Source: a virus
Virus record (IMG/VR): IMGVR_UViG_3300042549_010246
Coordinates: 20,706-84,705 of that record
Length of the DNA stretch: 64,000 bases
Reading direction: 5' to 3' (one strand)
How positions within the stretch are numbered: position 1 is the first letter of the stretch; the number at the start of each line of letters is the position of its first letter. Under the pieces are notes generated by a model. That model worked only from the letters and a program-made list of their open reading frames with translations. It was not told the origin of the DNA and searched no databases. The translations under genes and the position numbers were made by a program. Positions 40,601-48,341 of the stretch are shown here, in pieces.

Positions 40601-43600
40601 GAGCAAATGGTTCAAGTGGCTCAAGTGGAACAAGTGGTTCTTCAGGAAGCGCAGGTTCAACAGGGTCATCAGGTTCATCAGGAACTTCGGGTTCGAGCGG
40701 TACAAGTGGTTCAACAGGTTCAAGCGGCTCTACGGGCTCAAGTGGGTCTACGGGTACATCGGGTTCAAGCGGTTCAAGCGGAACTTCGGGAGTAAATGGT
40801 TCAAGTGGTTCATCAGGAACAAGTGGTAGTGCAGGTTCAAGTGGAACAAGTGGTTCTGCGGGTTCATCAGGAACATCAGGCTCTGCAGGCTCTTCGGGAA
40901 CTTCAGGCACAGCGGGTTCAAGTGGAACATCAGGAACACGTGGTTCTTCAGGTTCATCAGGCTCTACAGGTTCTTCAGGTACTTCGGGTTCATCAGGAAC
41001 AAGTGGTAGCACGGGTTCATCAGGCTCTACAGGTTCAAGCGGAACGTCGGGCTCATCAGGAACATCAGCATCAAGCGGAAGTTCAGGAAGCGCGGGTACA
41101 TCGGGCTCAAGCGGAACTTCAGGAGCAAATGGCTCGTCAGGTACTTCGGGCTCTTCAGGAAGTGCGGGCTCAAGCGGTTCAACAGGTTCTTCGGGCACAT
41201 CAGGCTCAAGCGGTACATCAGGAAGCGCGGGTTCAAGTGGTTCTACAGGTTCTTCGGGAACAAGCGGTAGCGCAGGTTCTTCAGGCACATCGGGTTCTGC
41301 AGGCTCGTCAGGCACGTCAGGTGCAAATGGCTCAAGTGGTACTTCGGGGTCTGCGGGTAGTGCGGGTTCATCGGGCTCTACGGGTTCATCAGGGACATCA
41401 GGTTCAAGCGGTACATCAGGAAGCGCAGGTTCTTCAGGCTCTACAGGTTCTTCAGGAACGAGTGGTAGCGCGGGTTCTTCAGGTACATCAGGTTCTGCGG
41501 GCTCTTCAGGCACATCAGGTGCAAACGGTTCAAGTGGTACAAGCGGAAGCGCAGGTTCAAGCGGTTCTACGGGTTCGAGCGGTACGAGCGGGTCAAGCGG
41601 AACAAGTGGTAGTACAGGTTCAAGCGGTTCAACAGGCTCAAGTGGAACAAGCGGAAGCACAGGCTCTTCAGGCACATCGGGCTCGGCAGGTTCTTCAGGA
41701 ACATCAGGCTCGGCAGGTTCTTCAGGAACATCAGGCACAGCAGGTTCGAGTGGTACTTCAGGAACACGTGGTTCTTCAGGTTCATCAGGTTCTACAGGAA
41801 CGAGCGGTTCAAGCGGAACAAGCGGTAGCACAGGTTCAAGCGGTTCAACGGGTTCGAGCGGAACAAGTGGAAGTACAGGTTCTTCAGGCTCTACAGGCTC
41901 AAGTGGAACATCAGGTTCAAGCGGAACAAGTGGAAGCACAGGTTCAAGCGGCTCAACGGGTTCAAGTGGTACTTCGGGTTCATCAGGAACATCAGCATCA
42001 AGCGGAAGTTCAGGAAGTGCGGGTACCTCAGGTAGTTCAGGCACTTCAGGGGCAAATGGGTCGAGTGGCTCAAGCGGAACAGCAGGTTCTTCAGGAAGCG
42101 CAGGTTCTTCGGGTTCTACAGGTTCTTCAGGAACAAGCGGTTCATCAGGAACAAGTGGTAGCGCAGGTTCTTCAGGCTCTACAGGCTCAAGCGGAACAAG
42201 CGGTAGCGCAGGTTCATCAGGCACATCGGGTTCTGCAGGCTCTTCAGGCACATCAGGTGCAAATGGTTCAAGTGGCACAAGCGGTTCAAGCGGAAGCGCA
42301 GGTTCTTCGGGTTCTACAGGAAGTTCAGGAACCTCAGGTTCAAGTGGCACAAGTGGTAGCACAGGTTCAAGCGGGTCAACAGGTTCAAGCGGAACGAGCG
42401 GTAGCGCAGGTTCTTCAGGAACATCAGGCTCGGCAGGTTCTTCAGGAACATCAGGCACAGCGGGCTCTTCAGGCACGTCAGGCACAGCAGGTTCAAGTGG
42501 TACTTCGGGAACACGTGGTTCTTCAGGTTCATCAGGTTCTACAGGAACAAGCGGTTCAAGCGGAACAAGTGGAAGCACAGGCTCAAGCGGCTCTACAGGC
42601 TCAAGTGGTACTTCGGGTTCGTCAGGAACATCGGCATCAAGTGGAAGTTCAGGAAGTGCGGGTACCTCAGGTAGTTCAGGCACTTCAGGGGCAAATGGCT
42701 CGAGTGGCTCAAGCGGAACATCAGGGTCTTCAGGAAGCGCAGGTTCTTCAGGTTCTACAGGTTCTTCGGGAACAAGCGGTTCATCAGGAACAAGTGGTAG
42801 CACGGGCTCAAGCGGTTCTACAGGCTCAAGTGGGTCTACGGGAACATCGGGCTCAAGCGGAACTTCAGGGGTAAATGGGTCAAGTGGTTCTTCAGGAACT
42901 TCGGGTTCTGCGGGCTCATCAGGAACGTCAGGTTCTGCGGGCTCTTCGGGAACGAGCGGAAGCGCAGGTTCAAGCGGAAGCACAGGTTCATCAGGTTCTA
43001 CAGGCTCATCAGGAACGTCGGGTTCTGCGGGCTCATCAGGAACGTCAGGTTCTGCGGGCTCTTCGGGAACTTCAGGCACAGCAGGTTCAAGTGGAACATC
43101 AGGAACTCGAGGTTCTTCAGGTTCATCAGGTTCTACAGGCACTTCAGGCTCAAGCGGAACAAGTGGAAGCACAGGTTCAAGCGGGTCAACGGGCTCAAGC
43201 GGAACAAGTGGAAGTACAGGTTCAAGCGGTTCGACAGGTTCAAGTGGAACAAGTGGAAGTACAGGTTCATCGGGTTCTACGGGTTCAAGCGGTACGAGTG
43301 GCTCATCAGGAACATCGGCATCAAGCGGAAGTTCAGGAAGTGCAGGTACGTCAGGTAGTTCAGGAACATCAGGAGCAAACGGCTCATCAGGCTCATCAGG
43401 AACTGCAGGTTCGTCAGGTAGCGCAGGTTCTACAGGTTCTTCAGGTTCCTCAGGAACTTCGGGTTCATCAGGAACAAGCGGAAGCGCGGGTTCAACAGGT
43501 TCATCGGGCTCAAGTGGGTCTACGGGAACATCGGGCTCAAGTGGCTCAAGCGGTACATCAGGTGCAAATGGCTCGAGCGGCTCAAGCGGAACAAGCGGTA

Positions 43601-46600
43601 GTGCGGGCTCATCAGGAACTTCGGGTTCTGCAGGCTCATCAGGAACGTCAGGTTCTGCAGGCTCTTCGGGAACTTCAGGTACAGCGGGGTCAAGTGGAAC
43701 GTCAGGAACGCGCGGTTCGTCAGGTTCATCAGGTTCAACGGGTTCTTCAGGAACTTCAGGCTCAAGCGGAACAAGTGGAAGTACAGGTTCATCAGGTTCA
43801 ACGGGTTCAAGCGGAACCTCAGGCTCATCAGGAACATCGGCATCAAGCGGAAGTTCAGGAAGCGCGGGAACATCGGGCTCAAGCGGAACTTCAGGGGCTA
43901 ATGGCTCGAGTGGAACAAGCGGTTCGAGCGGAAGCGCGGGTTCTTCAGGTAGCACAGGTTCATCGGGAACATCAGGCTCATCGGGTACGAGCGGAAGCAC
44001 GGGTTCTTCAGGTTCTACGGGTTCAAGCGGAACAGCGGGTTCAAGCGGTACTTCGGGTTCTTCAGGCTCAAGTGGCTCTGCAGGTACATCGGGCGCAAAT
44101 GGTTCTTCAGGAACTTCAGGTTCAAGTGGAAGCGCAGGCTCATCAGGGTCTACGGGCTCAAGCGGAACGAGTGGCTCTGCGGGTTCATCAGGAACAGCAG
44201 GAACTTCGGGGTCTTCGGGTACTTCAGGTACAGCAGGTTCAAGTGGTACTTCGGGTACACGGGGTTCATCAGGTTCTTCAGGGTCTACAGGAACTTCGGG
44301 TTCAAGCGGAACTTCAGGGGCAAATGGCTCAAGTGGAACGAGTGGCTCAAGTGGAAGCGCGGGCTCATCAGGCTCTACGGGCTCAAGCGGAACAAGTGGT
44401 AGCACGGGTTCTTCGGGCTCTACAGGGTCATCAGGAACAAGTGGTTCTTCAGGTACATCAGGCTCAAGCGGTAGCGCGGGTTCAAGCGGTAGCGCAGGAA
44501 CATCAGGAGCAAATGGCTCAAGTGGAACGAGTGGTTCTGCAGGAAGCGCAGGTTCTTCGGGTAGCACAGGTTCATCAGGAACTGCAGGTTCAAGTGGTAC
44601 GGCAGGTTCTTCGGGTAGTGCAGGCTCAAGCGGGTCTACGGGTTCAAGCGGAACTTCGGGTTCAAGTGGCTCATCAGGAACATCAGGAGCGAATGGCTCA
44701 AGCGGTTCAAGCGGAACAAGTGGTTCTGCGGGCTCTTCAGGCACATCAGGAACTGCAGGCTCAAGCGGAACATCAGGAACTCGAGGTTCTTCAGGTTCAT
44801 CAGGTTCTACAGGCTCAAGTGGGTCTACGGGTACGTCAGGCTCGAGCGGCTCAAGCGGAAGCGCGGGTACCTCAGGGGCAAACGGCTCAAGTGGTACAAG
44901 TGGGTCTTCAGGAAGTGCAGGTTCTACAGGGTCTTCGGGTTCATCAGGAACATCGGGTTCAAGCGGAACAAGCGGAAGTGCAGGTTCAAGCGGCTCTACA
45001 GGCTCAAGTGGCTCTACGGGCACTTCAGGCTCAAGTGGCTCGAGCGGAAGTGCAGGCACATCGGGTGCAAATGGCTCAAGTGGTACAAGTGGTTCTGCAG
45101 GAAGTGCGGGTTCAAGTGGGTCTACGGGTTCGTCAGGAACTGCAGGTTCCTCAGGAACGAGCGGTAGTGCGGGCTCAAGCGGCTCTACAGGCTCAAGTGG
45201 GTCTACAGGTACGTCAGGTTCCTCAGGCTCTTCAGGCACATCAGGAACTGCAGGTTCAAGCGGAACATCAGGAACTCGAGGTTCTTCAGGTTCTTCAGGT
45301 TCTACAGGCTCAAGTGGCTCTACGGGTACTTCAGGTTCAAGCGGAAGCGCGGGTACATCGGGTGCAAACGGTTCTTCAGGAACATCAGGCTCAAGCGGAA
45401 GTACAGGTTCAAGTGGCTCTACAGGGTCAAGTGGAACATCAGGTTCTTCAGGAAGTGCGGGTTCTACAGGTTCTTCAGGGTCTTCAGGAACAGCGGGTTC
45501 ATCAGGAACATCGGCATCAAGCGGAAGTTCAGGAAGCGCAGGTACTTCAGGGGCCAACGGTTCTTCGGGTACTTCGGGCTCATCAGGAAGCGCGGGTTCT
45601 ACGGGTTCATCAGGCTCAAGCGGAACAGCGGGCTCATCAGGAAGCGCAGGTTCAAGTGGTTCTACGGGTTCAAGCGGCACCGCAGGTTCAAGCGGAACTT
45701 CAGGTACACGCGGTTCATCAGGCTCAAGCGGTTCAGCGGGTACTTCAGGTGCGAATGGTTCAAGTGGTTCAAGCGGAACGAGTGGCTCTTCAGGAAGTGC
45801 AGGTTCAACAGGTTCGAGCGGTTCTACGGGTACATCAGGCTCAAGCGGCTCAAGTGGAACGAGCGGCTCTTCAGGAAGTGCAGGTTCAACAGGTTCGAGC
45901 GGTTCTACGGGTACATCAGGCTCAAGTGGCTCAAGTGGAAACACGGGTGCTGCGGGTTCATCAGGAACTTCGGGTTCTTCAGGAAGCGCAGGGTCAAGTG
46001 GTTCTACGGGTTCAAGCGGAACGAGCGGCTCATCAGGTAGCGCAGGCTCTACGGGTTCAAGCGGGTCTACGGGTACTTCAGGCTCAAGCGGCTCAAGCGG
46101 AAATACGGGTGCGGCAGGTTCTTCAGGAACGAGCGGCTCATCAGGTAGCGCAGGCTCTACGGGTTCTTCGGGTTCATCAGGAACTGCGGGTTCTTCAGGT
46201 ACGTCAGGTACAAGAGGTTCATCAGGCTCAAGTGGTTCTACGGGTTCAAGCGGCTCTACAGGTACGTCAGGCTCAAGCGGTTCAAGTGGAAACACGGGTG
46301 CGGCAGGTTCTTCAGGAACGAGCGGCTCATCAGGAAGCGCGGGTTCTACGGGTTCTTCAGGTTCTACGGGAACTTCGGGTTCGAGCGGTTCAAGTGGAAA
46401 CACGGGTGCGGCAGGTTCTTCAGGAACATCGGGCTCAAGCGGTTCGAGCGGTTCAAGTGGAAACACAGGTGCGGCAGGTTCTTCAGGAACATCGGGCTCA
46501 AGCGGGTCAAGCGGAAACACGGGTGCAGCGGGTTCTTCAGGTACTTCGGGCTCAAGCGGTTCAAGTGGAAACACAGGTGCGGCAGGTTCTTCAGGAACTT

Positions 46601-47634
46601 CGGGTTCGAGTGGAAACACAGGTGCAGCAGGTTCATCAGGAACATCGGGCTCAAGTGGAAACACGGGTGCTGCAGGTTCTTCAGGTACTTCGGGCTCAAG
46701 TGGAAACACAGGTGCAGCAGGTTCTTCAGGCACAAGTGGTGTTAGTGGTGCAGCGGGTTCTTCAGGCACAAGCGGTGTCAATGGTGCGGCAGGTTCTTCA
46801 GGAACTTCGGGCGCGAATGGTGCGGCAGGGTCATCGGGTACGTCAGGAACAAGAGGTTCTTCAGGAACATCAGGTGCAAACGGTGCGAACGGTTCATCGG
46901 GTACAAGCGGTGTCAATGGTGCGGCAGGTTCTTCAGGAACTTCGGGCGCGAATGGTGCGGCAGGGTCATCGGGTACGTCAGGAACAAGAGGTTCTTCAGG
47001 AACATCAGGTGCAAACGGTGCGAACGGTTCATCGGGTACAAGCGGTGCAAACGGTGCAGCGGGTTCTTCAGGAACGTCAGGCTCAAGTGGTAATACAGGT
47101 GCTGCAGGTTCTTCAGGTACGAGCGGTACGAGCGTAGCCGTGAGCGGTACAACAAACAGAATCGTTAAGTTTACGGCATCTACGACCATAGGTAACGCAA
47201 ACGCGTCCGACGATGGAACGACATTCGAAGTCTTGAATACAGTTGGATTTAAGGCGGCCAAGTCGTTAGCAGTAGGTGCTTTGTCACCGTCAGCAACCAC
47301 AGGTCGAATTGATGCTTCAAACGACATCGTAGCGTTCTCTACATCAGACAAACGCTTCAAAGAAAACGTGAAGCGAATTGAAAACGCCCTCGAGAAAATC
47401 AAGACAATCGGTGGATACTCATTCGATTGGCGCGAGGAAGGCTTCGAGGCTCACGGATTCAAGGGAAGTGATGTCGGAGTAATCGCGCAAGAAATCGAGT
47501 CAGTGTTGCCCGAAATCGTGAAGGTAAAAGCAAACGGATTCAAGGGTGTACGTTATGAAAAAATCATCGCCTTGGTAATTGAAGCAATCAAGGAGTTGGA
47601 TGATAAAGTGGAAAAACTAAAAAACAATCAATAA
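31618..47634 (+). CDS. giant 5338-aa Gly-X-Y (Ser/Thr) fibre with internal C1q/BclA-like domain and C-terminal peptidase S74 chaperone
   Basis: Gly at nearly every third residue; TYDTV..NGIS...QITVQYSGIYEFTFS domain; SDKRFKENV...GVIAQEIE..LPEIV...VRYEKII..IEAIKEL. Confidence 0.85.
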   Translation: MAKNILITPYRNSTNPLELPKIDFINGSTAITLQVEETSQSLTFVGSAGTLLQINNDLTGTTISTKNIAITGVIKNTGITSNSGLNDFVVVDIATGQFYYRSAPTGTSGSSGQSGTSGTSGANGSSGTSGASGSSGTSGANGSSGTSGANGSSGTSGVNGTSGTSASSGTSGANGSSGTSGDSGSSGTSGANGSSGTSGANGSSGTSGANGSSGTSGNSGSSGTSGANGSSGTSGESGSSGTSGSNGSSGTSGSSGTSGNSGSSGTSGDSGSSGTSGANGTSGTSGESGSSGTSGNSGSSGTSGNSGSSGTSGANGSSGTSGASGAEITDGWDWGTPVNSTKMYSSNGNLDSSTVLLNISETSLSLTDYASQFALMGVGSRITTRGGLFAANVTNWEVTSVTDAGTYYEFGVVYLSGTQWTPTSGDDILCDFAIAGKSGSSGTAGTSGQNGSSGTSGANGTSGTAGTTGSSGTSGAGVANYYAQYSSSQSQPLLAVNTPQVVTYDTVEIENGISFSGGQITVQYSGIYEFTFSPQVEKTQGGTAVNVDFFIRKNGFDVIRTDSILGLVSNSSTQLPFVALTLELLQNDFIELLFASTTTFVQLTAVGAKTTPFIAPAAPSIIVSLKNIGVAAVAYTSTSGTSGQSGTAGVSGSSGTSGSTGSSGTSGESGTSGTSGSTGSSGTSGENGSSGTSGSTGSSGTSGESGSSGTSGENGSSGTSGSAGSSGTSGSTGSSGTSGESGSSGTSGSSGTSASSGTSGSTGSSGTSGSAGSSGTSGSTGSSGTSGESGSSGTSGSTGSSGTSGESGSSGTSGESGSSGTSGDSGSSGTSGESGSSGTSGESGSSGTSGESGSSGTSGTSASSGTSGSTGSSGTSGENGSSGTSGSTGTSGSSGSSGTSGENGSSGTSGESGTSGTSGSSGSTGTSGSAGTSGSTGTSGSTGSSGTSGSSGTSGENGSSGTSGSAGSSGTSGENGSSGTSGSSGTSGSTGTSGESGTSGTAGSSGSTGTSGSAGTSGSTGTSGSAGSSGTSGSSGTSGENGSSGTSGSTGSSGTSGSTGTSGSTGTSGSSGSTGSSGSSGESGTSGSTGTSGSTGSSGTSGESGTSGTTGSSGSTGSSGTSGSSGTSASSGTSGSSGINGSSGTSGSTGTSGSAGTSGANGSSGTSGSAGSSGTSGSTGSSGTSGSSGTSASSGSSGSSGSTGSSGTSGSSGTSGANGSSGTSGSAGSSGTSGSTGSSGTSGSSGTSASSGSSGSTGSSGTSGSAGSSGTSGANGSSGTSGSSATSGSAGSSGSAGTSGSSATSGSSGSSGTSGSSGTSGANGSSGTSGSSGTSGSTGSSGTSGANGSSGTSGSSGTSGSAGSSGSTGSSGTSGSSGTSGSAGSSGSTGSSGTSGSSGSSGTSGANGSSGTAGSSGTSGSSGTSGSAGSSGTSGANGSSGTAGSSGTSGSAGSSGSAGTSGANGSSGTSGSSGSSGSTGSSGTSGSSGSTGTSGSSGTSASSGTSGSSGSAGTSGANGSSGTSGSSGSSGSTGSSGTSGANGSSGTSGSAGSSGSTGSSGTSGSSGTSGSTGSSGSAGTSGSSATSGSSGSSGTSGSAGTSGANGSSGTSGSSGTSGSTGSSGSAGTSGANGSSGTSGSTGSSGTSGSAGSSGSTGSSGTSGSTGSSGSTGSSGTSGSSGTSGSAGSSGSAGTSGANGSSGTSGSSGTSGNAGSSGTSGSSGSSGSAGTSGSTGSSGTSGSAGSSGTSGSAGSSGSTGSSGTSGANGSSGTSGSSGTSGSTGSSGSSGSTGSSGTSGSSGTSGSTGSSGSTGSSGTSGSAGSSGTSGANGSSGTSGSSGTSGSTGSSGTAGSSGTSGTRGSSGTSGSTGSSGSTGSSGTSGSSGTSGSAGSSGSAGTSGANGSSGTSGSSGTSGSTGSSGSSGSTGTSGTAGSSGTSGSAGSSGSTGSSGSSGTAGSSGTSGANGSSGTSGSSGSSGSTGSSGTSGSSGTSGSAGSSGSTGSSGSSGTAGSSGTSASSGSAGTSGSSGTSGANGSSGTSGSAGSSGTSGSSGSAGTSGINGSSGTSGSSGTSGSSGSSGSTGSSGTSGSAGSSGSTGSSGSSGTAGSSGTSGANGSSGTSGSAGSSGTSGSSGTSGTAGSSGTSGTRGSSGTSGSTGSSGSTGSSGTSGSSGTSGANGSSGTSGSSGTSGSAGSSGTSGSSGTSGSTGSSGSTGSSGTSGSAGSSGTSGSAGSSGTSGANGSSGTSGSAGSSGSTGSSGTSGSSGTSGSAGSSGSTGSSGTSGSAGSSGSTGSSGSSGTAGSSGTSGANGSSGTSGSSGSAGSSGSTGSSGTSGSSGTSGSTGSSGSTGSSGTSGSSGTSASSGSSGTSGSAGSSGTSGANGSSGTSGSAGSAGSSGSTGSSGTSGSSGTSGSTGSSGSTGSSGTSGSSATSGSAGSSGTAGSSGSSGTSGANGSSGTSGSAGSTGSSGTSGSSGTSGTAGSSGTSGTAGSSGTSGTRGSSGTSGSTGSSGSTGSSGTSGSSGTSGANGSSGTSGSSGSAGSSGSTGSSGTSGSSGTSGSTGSSGSTGSSGTSGSSATSGSAGSSGTSGSAGSSGTSGANGSSGTSGSAGSSGSTGSSGTSGSSGTSGSAGSSGSTGSSGTSGSAGSSGTSGSAGSSGSAGSSGTSGANGSSGTSGSAGSSGSTGSSGTSGSSGTSGSTGSSGSTGSSGTSGSAGSSGTSASSGSSGSAGTSGSSGTSGANGSSGTSGSAGSAGSSGSTGSSGTSGSSGTSGSTGSSGSTGSSGTSGSSGTSGSAGSSGTSGSSGTSGTAGSSGTSGTRGSSGTSGSTGSSGSTGSSGSTGTSGSSGSSGTSGANGSSGTSGSAGSSGSTGSSGTSGSSGTSGSAGSSGSTGSSGTSGSSATSGSAGSSGTAGSSGSSGTSGANGSSGSSGTSGSSGSSGSTGSSGTSGSSGTSGSAGSSGSTGSSGTSGSSGTSASSGSSGSAGTSGSSGTSGANGSSGSSGTSGSSGSAGSTGSSGSSGTSGSSGTSGSTGSSGSTGSSGSTGTSGSSGSSGTSGVNGSSGSSGTSGSAGSSGTSGSAGSSGTSGSAGSSGTSGTAGSSGTSGTRGSSGSSGSTGSSGTSGSSGTSGSTGSSGSTGSSGTSGSSGTSASSGSSGSAGTSGSSGTSGANGSSGTSGSSGSAGSSGSTGSSGTSGSSGTSGSAGSSGSTGSSGTSGSAGSSGTSGSAGSSGTSGANGSSGTSGSAGSAGSSGSTGSSGTSGSSGTSGSAGSSGSTGSSGTSGSAGSSGTSGSAGSSGTSGANGSSGTSGSAGSSGSTGSSGTSGSSGTSGSTGSSGSTGSSGTSGSTGSSGTSGSAGSSGTSGSAGSSGTSGTAGSSGTSGTRGSSGSSGSTGTSGSSGTSGSTGSSGSTGSSGTSGSTGSSGSTGSSGTSGSSGTSGSTGSSGSTGSSGTSGSSGTSASSGSSGSAGTSGSSGTSGANGSSGSSGTAGSSGSAGSSGSTGSSGTSGSSGTSGSAGSSGSTGSSGTSGSAGSSGTSGSAGSSGTSGANGSSGTSGSSGSAGSSGSTGSSGTSGSSGTSGSTGSSGSTGSSGTSGSAGSSGTSGSAGSSGTSGTAGSSGTSGTAGSSGTSGTRGSSGSSGSTGTSGSSGTSGSTGSSGSTGSSGTSGSSGTSASSGSSGSAGTSGSSGTSGANGSSGSSGTSGSSGSAGSSGSTGSSGTSGSSGTSGSTGSSGSTGSSGSTGTSGSSGTSGVNGSSGSSGTSGSAGSSGTSGSAGSSGTSGSAGSSGSTGSSGSTGSSGTSGSAGSSGTSGSAGSSGTSGTAGSSGTSGTRGSSGSSGSTGTSGSSGTSGSTGSSGSTGSSGTSGSTGSSGSTGSSGTSGSTGSSGSTGSSGTSGSSGTSASSGSSGSAGTSGSSGTSGANGSSGSSGTAGSSGSAGSTGSSGSSGTSGSSGTSGSAGSTGSSGSSGSTGTSGSSGSSGTSGANGSSGSSGTSGSAGSSGTSGSAGSSGTSGSAGSSGTSGTAGSSGTSGTRGSSGSSGSTGSSGTSGSSGTSGSTGSSGSTGSSGTSGSSGTSASSGSSGSAGTSGSSGTSGANGSSGTSGSSGSAGSSGSTGSSGTSGSSGTSGSTGSSGSTGSSGTAGSSGTSGSSGSSGSAGTSGANGSSGTSGSSGSAGSSGSTGSSGTSGSAGSSGTAGTSGSSGTSGTAGSSGTSGTRGSSGSSGSTGTSGSSGTSGANGSSGTSGSSGSAGSSGSTGSSGTSGSTGSSGSTGSSGTSGSSGTSGSSGSAGSSGSAGTSGANGSSGTSGSAGSAGSSGSTGSSGTAGSSGTAGSSGSAGSSGSTGSSGTSGSSGSSGTSGANGSSGSSGTSGSAGSSGTSGTAGSSGTSGTRGSSGSSGSTGSSGSTGTSGSSGSSGSAGTSGANGSSGTSGSSGSAGSTGSSGSSGTSGSSGTSGSAGSSGSTGSSGSTGTSGSSGSSGSAGTSGANGSSGTSGSAGSAGSSGSTGSSGTAGSSGTSGSAGSSGSTGSSGSTGTSGSSGSSGTSGTAGSSGTSGTRGSSGSSGSTGSSGSTGTSGSSGSAGTSGANGSSGTSGSSGSTGSSGSTGSSGTSGSSGSAGSTGSSGSSGTAGSSGTSASSGSSGSAGTSGANGSSGTSGSSGSAGSTGSSGSSGTAGSSGSAGSSGSTGSSGTAGSSGTSGTRGSSGSSGSAGTSGANGSSGSSGTSGSSGSAGSTGSSGSTGTSGSSGSSGTSGSSGSAGSTGSSGSTGTSGSSGSSGNTGAAGSSGTSGSSGSAGSSGSTGSSGTSGSSGSAGSTGSSGSTGTSGSSGSSGNTGAAGSSGTSGSSGSAGSTGSSGSSGTAGSSGTSGTRGSSGSSGSTGSSGSTGTSGSSGSSGNTGAAGSSGTSGSSGSAGSTGSSGSTGTSGSSGSSGNTGAAGSSGTSGSSGSSGSSGNTGAAGSSGTSGSSGSSGNTGAAGSSGTSGSSGSSGNTGAAGSSGTSGSSGNTGAAGSSGTSGSSGNTGAAGSSGTSGSSGNTGAAGSSGTSGVSGAAGSSGTSGVNGAAGSSGTSGANGAAGSSGTSGTRGSSGTSGANGANGSSGTSGVNGAAGSSGTSGANGAAGSSGTSGTRGSSGTSGANGANGSSGTSGANGAAGSSGTSGSSGNTGAAGSSGTSGTSVAVSGTTNRIVKFTASTTIGNANASDDGTTFEVLNTVGFKAAKSLAVGALSPSATTGRIDASNDIVAFSTSDKRFKENVKRIENALEKIKTIGGYSFDWREEGFEAHGFKGSDVGVIAQEIESVLPEIVKVKANGFKGVRYEKIIALVIEAIKELDDKVEKLKNNQ
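33529..47133 (+). repeat. about 13.6 kb of degenerate 9-nt (Gly-X-Y) coding repeat
   Basis: GSS/GTS/GST/GSA/GAN triplets with synonymous scrambling. Confidence 0.95.
46768..47047 (+). repeat. exact 135-bp tandem duplication
   Basis: 46768-46902 identical to 46903-47037. Confidence 0.85.
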
Positions 47635-48311
47635 TGGCAGTTCCATCATCAAACATAAGTATGACGGCTATCTATCAGGAGGCGAACGCAGGTTCGCCTC
47701 CATCAGATTTAGCGGTGAGCGACTTATTCAAAAAATCATATTTTGAAAGTAATGCATTTGGTGGCTCCCTTACATTTAATGCTTGGGGACAATATGGGAA
47801 TGCGAGTGGAGCAGATAGGATTTATGGATTAAGTGCAAGTGATACCAATAACAATTTCAATCAGTTTGCGTCAAAAGTTTATTATATGGATAATTCAACT
47901 TATGCAAACTATGTAGATATTATTAATAATTTGAGTCCCCCCGCTCCCCCCGCGCCTCCTTTTGATAATGACATTGATGTATTTTGTAGATTATATGATT
48001 CTACAGGTACACATATTTATAGTTCATTTTTCCAAAGCGTATTTGCAGGTGGAAGTGTATCGCAAATATTCAGTAATACCACTGAACCGATTTTGGCAGT
48101 AGCATATTGGGAGGTTCAGTTTCAGCCTGTCAGTGGAAGTTTTGGTGGTACAACTTGTAATATTGGCATCAATAATACAAGTGTAGTAAGTGGTGGAACT
48201 ATTAATGCAACAGGTATTACAACTTTTGATTTCAGCACTTTAGGAAGCGTAGCAGTAGGCTCAAGTTCGTCAGGGTATATTGGTACTTACTTTGATATTA
48301 GTATTGGTTGA
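47634..48311 (+). CDS. putative structural protein downstream of fibre
   Basis: MAVPSSNISMTAIYQE N-term of the kind often seen after fibre genes; S/T/G-rich beta C-domain. Confidence 0.6.
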   Translation: MAVPSSNISMTAIYQEANAGSPPSDLAVSDLFKKSYFESNAFGGSLTFNAWGQYGNASGADRIYGLSASDTNNNFNQFASKVYYMDNSTYANYVDIINNLSPPAPPAPPFDNDIDVFCRLYDSTGTHIYSSFFQSVFAGGSVSQIFSNTTEPILAVAYWEVQFQPVSGSFGGTTCNIGINNTSVVSGGTINATGITTFDFSTLGSVAVGSSSSGYIGTYFDISIG

Positions 48312-48341
48312 TTAAATTTGTACAAAATTAAATATGTAATT

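Noticed and set aside
33529-47133. Ice-nucleation protein
   Set aside because: No AGYGSTxTA 8/16-mer periodicity and no Tyr; period is 3 and the termini are viral fibre domains
33529-47133. Many N-G-S/T N-glycosylation sequons
   Set aside because: Arise automatically when Asn occupies Y in a Gly-Ser/Thr-Y repeat; not evidence of selection
33515-47137. Long alternative-frame plus-strand ORFs (QVLQVQAE...) and many short minus ORFs
   Set aside because: By-products of restricted codon use in the 9-nt repeat; no independent starts or domains
33546-47402. 4618-aa antisense ORF (PEEPAVP...)
   Set aside because: Shadow of the fibre gene. In that frame a stop needs a sense codon starting TA or CA (Tyr/His/Gln), which the Gly/Ser/Thr repeat lacks.
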